Source: an uncultured archaeon (lineage in GTDB: Archaea; Thermoproteota; EX4484-205; JAAOZP01). From it: a stretch of 64,000 bases of DNA. Both the position numbers and the translations under genes were made by a program. This document shows, piece after piece, positions 19,965-28,820 of the stretch (position 1 is the first letter of the stretch; every line of letters starts with the position of its first letter). The notes under the pieces are model-generated. The model was not told the DNA's origin. It did not search any database and saw only the letters and a list, made by a program, of their open reading frames with translations. The stretch is from positions 64,001 to 128,000 of the forward strand of contig CALIBN010000002.1 in the NCBI GenBank assembly GCA_938045545.1, read 5' to 3'.

Positions 19965-21448
19965 GCTGAGCCCTCCCGTTTTGTGAGCTCAGCCCTCTCA
20001 TATATCCTCCTCGCATCCTTAACGTCTGCCGAAGCCTTGGCTGCGTCAGCCATCTTCTGAGCAAGCTCAGTCGGATACTCCCCTGTGACGCAGGCTAGGC
20101 AAAGCTCGTTGAACCTCATTCCTGTTGCCCTGACATAGTCTTCCAAAGGCTGGTAGAAAACCCCATCGGCGCCAACCTGTTTCGCAACACCCTCCTCGTC
20201 AAACCTGAAGCCGATAAGCTCTGTGAAAGTAGCCATGTCAACACCGTAGAAACACGGGTGCGTTATCCTCGGGAAAGTAATGAAGAGATAGATCTTTTCA
20301 GCACCAGCCCTCCTAAGCTTCCTGACCACGGTCCTAGTTGTGTCACCCCTGACAATACTGTCGTCAACAACAATAACCTTTTTGCCCTTAAGCCTCCCGT
20401 TCATAATGTTCACCTTCTTGTCGATGGTTGAAACCCTTTCACTGGGCTCAAGAATGAAAGCTCTCTGAGTAACATACCTGTGCCTCCTGAGTATCCTCTC
20501 CCATTTCAAGCCGGTCTCCTCATGCAGACCGTACGCAGCATCCTCAGCCGTCTCAGGCATTGAAAGAATCACATCAGACTTCTCAACGACATCCCTAAAC
20601 CTTCTCCCAAGGTTTCTGCCAAACTCCTCTCGCACGCTAAAAACATACTTCCCGTTAAGCATGGAATCCGGCCTAGCGAAGTAAGCGTATTCAAAAGCGC
20701 AGAAAGCAGCCCTATTCTTCTTCACAAGCATCTCCCTTTCCACACCATCCTTGCTAAATACAACAATCTCACCGGGCTTAACGTCACTCGTAAACCTCAG
20801 CCCGTTAATGTCCAGCCCTACAGTCTCAGAGGAGAAAGCATTAACACTGCCTTCCCCGCTAACCCCGATGCTGAGAGGCCTTATTCCCAACGGGTCCCTG
20901 AAGGCAAAAATCTCCCCGTTAGGCCTCAGGCCAATGACAGAAAAGGCTCCTTCAACATCACTCATGCAGCGCTCAACACCACTCGTCAAACCGCCCCCAA
21001 TACTCTCGACAAGATATTTGGCGAAAACCACTGCATCACAGCCTGCTTCAAACCCCCCTGAAGCGTTCAACCGACTCCTAAGCTCGTTAACGTTAACAAT
21101 GTTACCGTTGAAAGCGAAACCAAGCTTCTCACCAGCGTGGGAAGCTATAAGCGGCTGCGCATAATTCAGCCGAGACGGGGAACCCCTTTCCCCCGACGTG
21201 CCATATCTCACGTGAGCAATACCAGCAGAACCCTGGAGAAAGCCACGCCACCTAGCATACCTTTCGCCAAAAATCTGTGGAACAAGCCCAACGTTCACAT
21301 GGCGCCTGAAACCCTCCGCATACGTTAAAAAACCATAAGACTCATGCCCCCTATGGTTCTGCGCCACAAGCCCCCAGTACAAAAAGTCGAAAACACACCT
21401 GCCGTCTAAACACTTCGCCCCAAACACGCCGCAGCTCTCCGCAAGCAT
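19961..21448 (-). CDS. purF: amidophosphoribosyltransferase
   Basis: MLAES-CGVFG propeptide and Cys1, HRGHE, HVRYGTSG, NGN, DDSIVRGDT, PCFYGVD, CLAC. Start placed at 21448, about 27 nt below a TATA-like box. Confidence 0.95.
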   Translation of the reverse strand: MLAESCGVFGAKCLDGRCVFDFLYWGLVAQNHRGHESYGFLTYAEGFRRHVNVGLVPQIFGERYARWRGFLQGSAGIAHVRYGTSGERGSPSRLNYAQPLIASHAGEKLGFAFNGNIVNVNELRSRLNASGGFEAGCDAVVFAKYLVESIGGGLTSGVERCMSDVEGAFSVIGLRPNGEIFAFRDPLGIRPLSIGVSGEGSVNAFSSETVGLDINGLRFTSDVKPGEIVVFSKDGVEREMLVKKNRAAFCAFEYAYFARPDSMLNGKYVFSVREEFGRNLGRRFRDVVEKSDVILSMPETAEDAAYGLHEETGLKWERILRRHRYVTQRAFILEPSERVSTIDKKVNIMNGRLKGKKVIVVDDSIVRGDTTRTVVRKLRRAGAEKIYLFITFPRITHPCFYGVDMATFTELIGFRFDEEGVAKQVGADGVFYQPLEDYVRATGMRFNELCLACVTGEYPTELAQKMADAAKASADVKDARRIYERAELTKREGSA

Positions 21449-21539
21449 TACGGCAAAAACCATTTCCAGAAGGTATTTAAAAATTATTAACACGAAGCCA
21501 GTAAAATTACACACGTTTATGTTAAAGGACTTCCGGAGG

Positions 21540-21558
21540 ATTGCAAAAGGTTTGCAAT
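21540..21558. promoter_or_regulatory. perfect inverted repeat ATTGCAAA-agg-TTTGCAAT upstream of the purF promoter (candidate operator)
   Basis: 8-bp arms with a 3-nt spacer, about 60 nt upstream of the TATA-like box at about 21475-21484. Confidence 0.45.
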
Positions 21559-21812
21559 ACACTACCTCCTAGTTCTCTTGTGGCCAGTTTACTTTTTACT
21601 ACCCATAAAGCTTTTTGGGCGTTTAAACCATCAGTTACTGCCAGTAAGTGTGTTTTACAATCATCCATCCTGCTTAGCGCACCCTGACTCTATACTGATT
21701 TCGATAATCCAGCTCCTAGCATATGCATACTACAATTTTCTTCCGTTCAAAAAAACTTGGTATGCATCCGGTACAAGTCTCTTCTTCAGCACCCCTGCCT
21801 ACGTAGCGCACA

Positions 21813-22742
21813 CTAAGTTAGAACATCGTCAACGCTGAGCAAGCCTAGGTCGTCGATGCTAACTCCTTCAGCAAGAACCCTATATGCTCCCACGCATCTT
21901 TTAGCAACCTCCTTAACAACCGGTTTAGGCAGCTCCGGCGGCTCCCCCTCCCCAATGAAACCCATTCTCCTTAAGCATTCTCTGAGAAACTCTTTGTCTA
22001 GACAGCGCGACTCCTGTGGTTCTCCAACCCTGTAGTATTTGACTGGCCAGAGCCTAGCGGAGTCGTGCGTAGGCGGCTCGTCTATCTGAATCAACTCATC
22101 CCCGTGGAAGCCGAACTCTATTTTGAAGTCAGGTATTATTATCCCTGCTTTCCTGGCTTCAGCCTCGTAAAACCCGTAGAGCCTGAAAGCAGCTTCTTCA
22201 AGAGTGCGCCAAGTATCCGCGTCGATAAGCTTCATTTCCAGGGCTTCAGCCCTGGTGATCTCCCTGTCATGGCCTACTTCAGCCTTCGTAGTGGGTGTTA
22301 AAACTGGTTCCGGAAGCTCCTCAGCCATCCTCAGCCCCTCCGGGAACCTCAAACCGTACATCTCCCTCCTGCCCTCGCTGTAAGCCCTCCACAACGACCC
22401 ATAGAGGTATTTCCTGACGACCCATTCGATGTTGATACGCCTGGCCTTCTTTACCAATATGCTCCTCTCGTCCACAACGTCTATGAGGTGGTTCGGAAAG
22501 ACCTTCTTACTTTTCCTCATCCAGAAGACTGTCAGCCTCTGCAGGTACTCTCCCTTCCTAGGTATGGGCGTTGAAAGCACGACGTCGAACGCTGAAACCC
22601 TGTCGGTGTGGTAGATTAGGAGTTCCTCCCCAAGGTCATATATGTCCCTGACCTTCCCCCTCAACGGCCTCCCAATGCCGAGGTTTGAGTATTTGACGAC
22701 AAGGGTTTCCCCTCCAGTTAAAGGATCCTCAGCCAGCCCCAT
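21813..22742 (-). CDS. purC: SAICAR synthetase
   Basis: RGKVRDIY, TDRVSAFD, YLYGS, TPTTKA, DFKIEFG, DKEFLR. Start moved to the ATG at 22742. Confidence 0.95.
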   Translation of the reverse strand: MGLAEDPLTGGETLVVKYSNLGIGRPLRGKVRDIYDLGEELLIYHTDRVSAFDVVLSTPIPRKGEYLQRLTVFWMRKSKKVFPNHLIDVVDERSILVKKARRINIEWVVRKYLYGSLWRAYSEGRREMYGLRFPEGLRMAEELPEPVLTPTTKAEVGHDREITRAEALEMKLIDADTWRTLEEAAFRLYGFYEAEARKAGIIIPDFKIEFGFHGDELIQIDEPPTHDSARLWPVKYYRVGEPQESRCLDKEFLRECLRRMGFIGEGEPPELPKPVVKEVAKRCVGAYRVLAEGVSIDDLGLLSVDDVLT

Positions 22743-22904
22743 CAAAGCCTTTTTCCCATGGTTTTTTAAGTTTAAAAACCTTTCCAACCGTCTAGGGTTA
22801 AAGCTTATCTTTACCTTCCTTGCAGAAATATCCTTATGGAGTACTCTGTTCCTCCACCCCCACCCGGTTAAATCTACCTTTCTACGACTCCCGAAATACC
22901 TGGG

Positions 22905-23186
22905 ATGAGAATCGTGAAAAGCCTAGGAATAGTCTTTGGGCAAACAGTCAGGACGAGAGGTGCCCTTGGAAGATTCGTCGCCGGGATAGAGGCGCTGGTC
23001 GGGGGAAAGTCGGAAGCATATCTTTCCGAGATTGAGAAGGCGAGGAGCGAAGCTCTTGAGAACCTTACGAGGAAAGCAGCCTCGATCGGTGCAAATGGGG
23101 TTGTTGGCATAGATTTCGAAACATCTGAAATACTGGAGGGCTTCATAGTTATCACAGCCATAGGAACCGCTGTAAGAGTGGAGTAG
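22905..23186 (+). CDS. YbjQ / UPF0145 family protein
   Basis: LGIVFG, VGG...Y, ARSEAL, GANGVVGIDFE, AIGTAV. Confidence 0.88.
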   Translation: MRIVKSLGIVFGQTVRTRGALGRFVAGIEALVGGKSEAYLSEIEKARSEALENLTRKAASIGANGVVGIDFETSEILEGFIVITAIGTAVRVE

Positions 23187-23224
23187 GAAAGATCTCCTCC
23201 CTGTGAACATGATGCTTTTTATTT

Positions 23225-23545
23225 TTGACACTCCGACGGCTAAAGCCGGTAGATTCCCGGTTTGGGGCTGTGTCAAAGCAGCCCCTGCCATAAAGCATAT
23301 GGCGAATGGCCAGCTTCATAATGTTCACAGCACCGTTGTAGTCTGCATTGTCGAATAGACTAAGAGGCTTCTCCAAAAACTCCTCGTTTCGCGCTTCTCC
23401 ACAGCTCCAGTAGAACTATCTAATACGCCGGTATATTAAATTATTCCGATCTTACTCAGATTAACACAGACGTTCTCGGATGAATATGGGGAAAAGCGTT
23501 TTAACTGAAACGTCCTGAAGGACATGGGCTTTCTCGCCGAATATG
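23225..23545 (-). mobile_element. tnpB: internally deleted IS200/IS605-family remnant (tnpB 3' end, right end, possible left-end hairpin)
   Basis: RuvC-III-like DNADYNGAVNIMKLA at about 23308-23352. Right end GAATCTACCGGCTTTAGCCGTCGGAGTGTCAA ends at 23225. A second end-type hairpin GAAAGCCCATGTCCTTCAGGACGT lies at 23510-23533. Confidence 0.8.
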
Positions 23546-23603
23546 GTAATTATTGATATTGAGACAGGAAACGATTAAATACTTCCTTTAAGCATGCTTA
23601 ACC

Positions 23604-23837
23604 ATGGTTGTTAAAGCATACGTGTTCATAGTGACGAAGCCCGGAACATCCATAGATGTTTCCAATGAGATTAAGAAGATCAGGGGTGTTCATTCTGCTG
23701 ACCCTATCTACGGCAGGTTCGACGTGGTGGCTACGGTGGAAGCTGAGAGCCCAGAGGAATTAACCAGGCTGCTCTACGAGGTTATTGAAAAGATTCCGAA
23801 CATAGTTAGAACGGAAACCTCCATAGTTTTGCAGTGA
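23604..23837 (+). CDS. stand-alone Lrp/AsnC ligand-binding (RAM) domain protein
   Basis: KAYVFI..KPG, YGRFDVV, RTETSIV; 77 aa, no HTH. Confidence 0.9.
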   Translation: MVVKAYVFIVTKPGTSIDVSNEIKKIRGVHSADPIYGRFDVVATVEAESPEELTRLLYEVIEKIPNIVRTETSIVLQ

Positions 23838-23843
23838 CTTGAA

Positions 23844-24077
23844 ATGATCAGGGCCTTTATCCTGGTTAGAACCAAGCCGGGTACTTCTGAAGAAGTTGTA
23901 AGAGCGAGAAGGATCAAGGGTGTTAAACTGGCTAATTCTGTCCTAGGAAGGTATGATGCAGTGTTGGTAATAGAATCTAAGAGCTTAGAGGAGCTCAGGA
24001 AAACCATCTACGAGGTTCTTGAGAAGCTTGAGCACGTGGAGCATACGGAGACCTTGATATCTTTCTCTCTAGATTAA
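23844..24077 (+). CDS. stand-alone Lrp/AsnC ligand-binding (RAM) domain protein (tandem paralog)
   Basis: RAFILV..KPG, LGRYDAV, HTETLI; 77 aa, no HTH. Confidence 0.9.
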   Translation: MIRAFILVRTKPGTSEEVVRARRIKGVKLANSVLGRYDAVLVIESKSLEELRKTIYEVLEKLEHVEHTETLISFSLD

Positions 24078-24150
24078 CCGAAAAGATAACCTGCACTCCT
24101 TCTTGCTCCTTTTTTCATTAAATCTGTTATTGATTATTTTAATTCAACGT

Positions 24151-25293
24151 TTAGACGCGGTATTCGAATTTACCATCTTTAGAAATGATGATTAGAGAGT
24201 TTCCTCCAGACGATTTTTCACACCTGCCGATTGTCTGGGCGCCGACATGAAACTTTTCAGATATATCTGCAACAGTATCTTCATACTTTTTCTCGACAAT
24301 TATCTCTAAACCTATTCCCATGTTGAAGCTGCGATACATGTTTCTCAAAGTCTCCCGGCTCTCAGCCTGAATCAGCCTAAATATTGGATCCGGTTCAGGA
24401 AGATTATCCTTCACATACCTTATGTTCCTCCCTATTTTCAAACACTTCGTTAACCCTCCGCCAGTATTATGGATCATTGCTTTAACCTTAACACTTTTCA
24501 TGACCTCGAGTATTATCGGCAGGTAGATCCTGGTCGGCGACAATAATGCTTCCCCAATACTCGTGTTAAGCTCGTCGACGAATGAATCTATTTTAAAGCG
24601 GCCGTAATATCCTTTGGCTTCTGAGCCTATCTCAGGATACTTATCCAAGTATTCTTTCGCTAACAGGCAGTGTCTCGCAAGAGTTATCCCGTTACACATA
24701 ATACCACTATTCTCCTTCTCTTCATATGTCGACCTCCCCCCGCTTCTCAACCCGATAATAACATCCCCGGGTGAAACGTTTCTGCCGGTTATCACTTTAG
24801 AGAGCTCGACTCTAGCCATTACTGTTCCTGAAACGTCGAACGTTCTAACAATGTCTGGCAGGTCAGCCGTCTCGCCGCCGCTGAAAAAAACCTCAACACC
24901 CTTCTCTCTGAGCATTGAAAAAACTCTGGAGAAACCTTTAGCCAAGCTTTTAAGGAGCTCCTGCTTAGGGACTTTAAAAGGGTTTACAGCAACATAGTCT
25001 GAGAAAGCCGCTGGAACCCCCCCTACGCATGCAGCATCGTCAACATTCATAGCGACAACGTCGTCAGCCAAGGTTTCAAACTTCTCCTCACCGGTCTCCT
25101 TATAGTAGACATAGGAGACTACCGGCTTGGTTCCGGCACCATCAGTGTGAAGAATGATCCCCCAACCAGGGTTTAAAGAATCCTTAACAACAGGGGAAAA
25201 GGCTTCAGGAAAAACGTCGTCAGTGATCCTTTTTAAAAACTCTACTCCCTTCTTGCTCACGTCTACACCGAGCTCCTCGTATCTGGAAGCCAT
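24151..25293 (-). CDS. purM: AIR synthetase (phosphoribosylformylglycinamidine cyclo-ligase)
   Basis: HTDGAGTK, AMNVDD, GGETAD, LSPTRIY, HNTGGG, FNMGIG. Confidence 0.93.
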   Translation of the reverse strand: MASRYEELGVDVSKKGVEFLKRITDDVFPEAFSPVVKDSLNPGWGIILHTDGAGTKPVVSYVYYKETGEEKFETLADDVVAMNVDDAACVGGVPAAFSDYVAVNPFKVPKQELLKSLAKGFSRVFSMLREKGVEVFFSGGETADLPDIVRTFDVSGTVMARVELSKVITGRNVSPGDVIIGLRSGGRSTYEEKENSGIMCNGITLARHCLLAKEYLDKYPEIGSEAKGYYGRFKIDSFVDELNTSIGEALLSPTRIYLPIILEVMKSVKVKAMIHNTGGGLTKCLKIGRNIRYVKDNLPEPDPIFRLIQAESRETLRNMYRSFNMGIGLEIIVEKKYEDTVADISEKFHVGAQTIGRCEKSSGGNSLIIISKDGKFEYRV

Positions 25294-25447
25294 CCTGCAA
25301 ATATTCCAGCCTAGATTTCTTAAAGTTTTAAGCTCGCATCCAGAGTTGCACGTAAACCCCTATTGTCCTCTCCCGGCATCTCCAATTGGCTAAGCATGTG
25401 CCGCATACTTTAGCACGCCAAGGAAAAAGCTTAAATATGTGGCGCGT

Positions 25448-25793
25448 AATCCTACGTTTAAGGGGGTATGTGAAGGCAGAGGGCATGATTAAGCAGGATG
25501 AAACTGTCACTCCAGCAGAGTCTGCGGGGGTTTACTATTCTCAGAGCATTGAGAAAGGTGAGGAAAAGCTATTGAGGCGTCTGGAGGCTGAGCTTGAAGA
25601 CGTTAGAAGAAAGAAGGAGCTCGCTATAGGTTATGATGCTTACGCCTTCTTCTGCATGAAGGAGAAGATGCTTGTGAAGGAGATGCTTAGACTCCGCATC
25701 CGGCGCGCGGTTAGAAAGCAGGCGCAAGCCAAACTCTTTGTGGAAGAAAAGAAGCATGAAAACAGAGAAACCCTTATTATGGCAAATACTTAA
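25448..25793 (+). CDS. hypothetical charged helical protein (start uncertain)
   Basis: Open frame with coiled-coil-like composition; TATA-like CTTAAATA at 25430 suggests a start near 25468-25485. Confidence 0.55.
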
Positions 25794-25876
25794 GGTAGCG
25801 TGCGTTACTCCTCAGCATCCCCTTATCCACATGTTAAGGCAGTTCAGCCAGTATAGACTCGGCTTTGCGGGTTAGG

Positions 25877-26611
25877 CTACTTTTTTATAAGGGCCTCCAT
25901 AAATCTGCAGGCTTCTTCATATGTCTGAGGAGTCCCGATGTCAAACCAGTATCCATGGAAAACATAGCCGTATACAGGCTCCTTCCTGCAAAGCCAAGAT
26001 ACGAAGTGACCTGGGCTATCCCTATGGCCACCCTCCTCAACATATCTCTTGATTTTTACGAGCGACTCCCATGGAAACATGTAGATAGCAGTAGCAATCA
26101 TGGTTGAAGCCGGGTTTACAGGCTTCTCCATGAAATCCACTATCCTATCGTCTTCAAGCTTTACGCAGGAATACATTTTAACAAGCTCAATATTGCCAAC
26201 ATCGTACAGTGCTACAACCGGTGCATTCTTACTACGGTAGAAGTCTAGGAACTTTGTTAAATCGAGCGAGAAAAGGTTGTCGCCCGCTATAACTAGGTAT
26301 TCATCCCGCTCAATACTGTCAACCAGCATCGCTAGCGATAGTATTGTCCCAGGCTTCTCCTCCTCCCGCGTACTTCCCTCAACCTGCAGCCTCGTGTTTA
26401 CATAGCTCCTGGATCCAAGCCATTCTCTGAAATCCTTTTCAAACTTCCTGTTTACTGTTATGATGACCTCGCTCGGGTTTAAGACACTTATTTTCTCCAT
26501 AGTGTAGTCTATTATTGGCCTGTCGCAAACCTTAACAAGCGGCTTCGCCATGTGTACTCCAAGGTGTTGAAGACGCTTCGCAAAGCCTCCAGCAGGAACT
26601 ATTACTCTCAA
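25877..26611 (-). CDS. sugar-phosphate nucleotidyltransferase family protein
   Basis: PAGGFAKRL, KPLV, AGDN, EKP, WFDIGT. Confidence 0.92.
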   Translation of the reverse strand: MRVIVPAGGFAKRLQHLGVHMAKPLVKVCDRPIIDYTMEKISVLNPSEVIITVNRKFEKDFREWLGSRSYVNTRLQVEGSTREEEKPGTILSLAMLVDSIERDEYLVIAGDNLFSLDLTKFLDFYRSKNAPVVALYDVGNIELVKMYSCVKLEDDRIVDFMEKPVNPASTMIATAIYMFPWESLVKIKRYVEEGGHRDSPGHFVSWLCRKEPVYGYVFHGYWFDIGTPQTYEEACRFMEALIKK

Positions 26612-26735
26612 ACTCCTAAGCTTTACTGTTGAAGAGGTTGAAATAAACTTTCCCCCAGAATATTAACTTGAGAATGGTGAAAACATTTATATTTTAAGGG
26701 TCTTCACCTGTGAACATGGATGTGGAAAAGAAAGC

Positions 26736-28163
26736 ATGAGTGAGAAAAACATTCTTGTATTCACAATAGACGCGCAAATAACTCCTTCAGATTATATGGA
26801 TCTAGTTGACTTCATATATCGGAACTATGTGGCTCCTAATTTGAAGCATTTTACGAACATCGTCAGAAGCGCCTCTGAAACAGGGATTTTCCTCTTCTTT
26901 ACTGCCGTTGATCCGGATAGGAAATGGTATATCGATGTTCAGATAAGCATTGGAAAACCAATCAGCGTTAGAATGGTTTTAAGCAGCAGCGAGGTTCCGG
27001 GATCAGCAGTAAACTGGTTGAGAAGCAACCTGGTTGCTGCAGTCAGGTTTTTCGAAGACCAGCTTAGGAAGACAACCGTCTACTTCACTTGGGTTGAGGG
27101 CGAGGAAATAATACCTGAAAGGGTTCTCGAGGCACGCAAGAATTTTGTCTACCGGATGTTTTCAGAAAGCATGCTTCTCCTTTTCATCCTGTTCACCTCG
27201 CTCAGCATTATTCTCTTCCTAATCTTAGGGTCGTATGCTCCAATAACACTCGTATTAATGCAGTTCACTCTCATTCTTTTTTCAGACAGGATTATTGGGA
27301 GAATGGGGGATTGGCGTATAACCGAGAAAAACCCTCTGATACATGTTTTCCAGTATAATATTCCGGTTTCAGAATACAAGTCTTTTCTGAATAAACATGG
27401 TGCAGAAATATTCTCGAAGATTAAGAAAGAAATTTACAGCAGAACCCTCGCACTGGGGAAGCCGATGAACTACGAAATATGCGCAGAAGTCCTATCACAA
27501 TACGGATTAGAATATAACTCTGAAAGGGTTTCAGCAAAGAGTGTGAACCTATACGAGATAGTAAAGCAGGCGGCTGAAAAATTTGAGCTTCCAGTGCCCA
27601 AGATAATTGTTTCCAACACGACCCTGCCTAATGCGGCAGCCTCCGGGCCTTGGCCGAGCCGGGGAGTAATCCTGGTCACCACAGGGCTGCTTGTACAGCT
27701 GGAGGAGAAGGAGATACTGAGCGTTATTGGACACGAGTTCAGCCATCTTAGAGGGAGGGACCCATTGTTTCTCTTTCTCCTAACATCCATGGAGTATCTT
27801 CTAAGGTTTTACGTTTTCTGGCCGCTACTATACTTCCTAGGATACTTCTATCTTATAATTGCTCTTGGAGCCGTCTACTTTGTAGCCAAGTTTTTCGAGT
27901 CCAAGGCCGATTTAGAGTCCGCTATTAAAATAGGTGAGCCGCAGACCCTTGCCAACGCGTTGAGAAAAATAGGTTTCCGCAGGCTTCAGCTTGAAGCGAG
28001 GCGCGGATACGCTATTCAAGAATGGTTGGGTTGGGACCCACATCCACCTCTCTACTTTAGAATATATAGACTGGAAAGTCTTAGAGACCCAAGCAGGATA
28101 AAGCATCCCTTGATAAGATCTATAAAAGACAATATACTTGGTTTCTTAGAAATAATCGGATGA
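26736..28163 (+). CDS. M48 (HtpX-like) zinc metalloprotease with a long N-terminal extension
   Basis: PNAAASG, VTTGLL, HEFSH, ESKAD, HPPLYFRI motifs and TM helices. Confidence 0.9.
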   Translation: MSEKNILVFTIDAQITPSDYMDLVDFIYRNYVAPNLKHFTNIVRSASETGIFLFFTAVDPDRKWYIDVQISIGKPISVRMVLSSSEVPGSAVNWLRSNLVAAVRFFEDQLRKTTVYFTWVEGEEIIPERVLEARKNFVYRMFSESMLLLFILFTSLSIILFLILGSYAPITLVLMQFTLILFSDRIIGRMGDWRITEKNPLIHVFQYNIPVSEYKSFLNKHGAEIFSKIKKEIYSRTLALGKPMNYEICAEVLSQYGLEYNSERVSAKSVNLYEIVKQAAEKFELPVPKIIVSNTTLPNAAASGPWPSRGVILVTTGLLVQLEEKEILSVIGHEFSHLRGRDPLFLFLLTSMEYLLRFYVFWPLLYFLGYFYLIIALGAVYFVAKFFESKADLESAIKIGEPQTLANALRKIGFRRLQLEARRGYAIQEWLGWDPHPPLYFRIYRLESLRDPSRIKHPLIRSIKDNILGFLEIIG

Positions 28164-28741
28164 AACCGGGAAGATTAGTTAAGATTTTAAAAGCCATCCT
28201 CTACTATTATTCGGAGTTGAAGTTAAAGGGAATAATCCTAGTATTACATGCCCTAGTTCTTGTCATCATTCTTTCCATTTCTACGACGCATACGGATATC
28301 CCTCAGGCAAATTATACTAGCAGGAAAATATTAAGCGTTCCTTTCGTCAAACAAGGACCCGACCTTTGCTCTGAAGCCTCCGCCAGCATGGTTCTTCTCT
28401 ATTACGGTCTAAACTTCTCGCAGGAGGAAATAAATGCGATGGGGTTCGACAGGTTTGAGAACATGCTGCCGTTCTTAGACAAGTATATTTATTGTTCATA
28501 TAAATCGCTTTCCGTGGAAGAATTGAGAGAAGAAATTGAGAAAGGCAATCCTGTAATTATCAGGCTAAGAATTGGGATTAGCCTACATACGGTGGTGGCT
28601 GTTGGATATGAAAATGATTGGATAATTGCGCATGACCCTGCATCAGGACCCTTCGTACTGCTAAGGGTGGATGAATCGTTCATTTCTTCTTGGGCGGCGA
28701 CTAACTACGCTTCAATAGTTTCACGTGGCCGTAAGCCTTGA
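28160..28741 (+). CDS. C39-like cysteine peptidase with N-terminal TM anchor
   Basis: VPFVKQ..LCSEASASMVL (Cys), HTVVAVGY (His), HDP (Asp). Confidence 0.85.
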   Translation: MKPGRLVKILKAILYYYSELKLKGIILVLHALVLVIILSISTTHTDIPQANYTSRKILSVPFVKQGPDLCSEASASMVLLYYGLNFSQEEINAMGFDRFENMLPFLDKYIYCSYKSLSVEELREEIEKGNPVIIRLRIGISLHTVVAVGYENDWIIAHDPASGPFVLLRVDESFISSWAATNYASIVSRGRKP

Positions 28742-28820
28742 AACATTATTTTCCCTCCTGAGAAAGTATTTTCCCAGCTGCAGAAAATTCATAAATCTAA
28801 GCATCCAGGAGGAAGGCTGA

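Noticed and set aside
21449-21838. N-terminal extension of purF to 21562 and the 21578..21838 ORF
   Set aside because: The extension runs through the promoter and precedes the propeptide/Cys1; the plus-strand ORF has no protein-like features.
25800-25870. Two CTGA boxes on the minus strand between convergent genes
   Set aside because: No recognisable C box.
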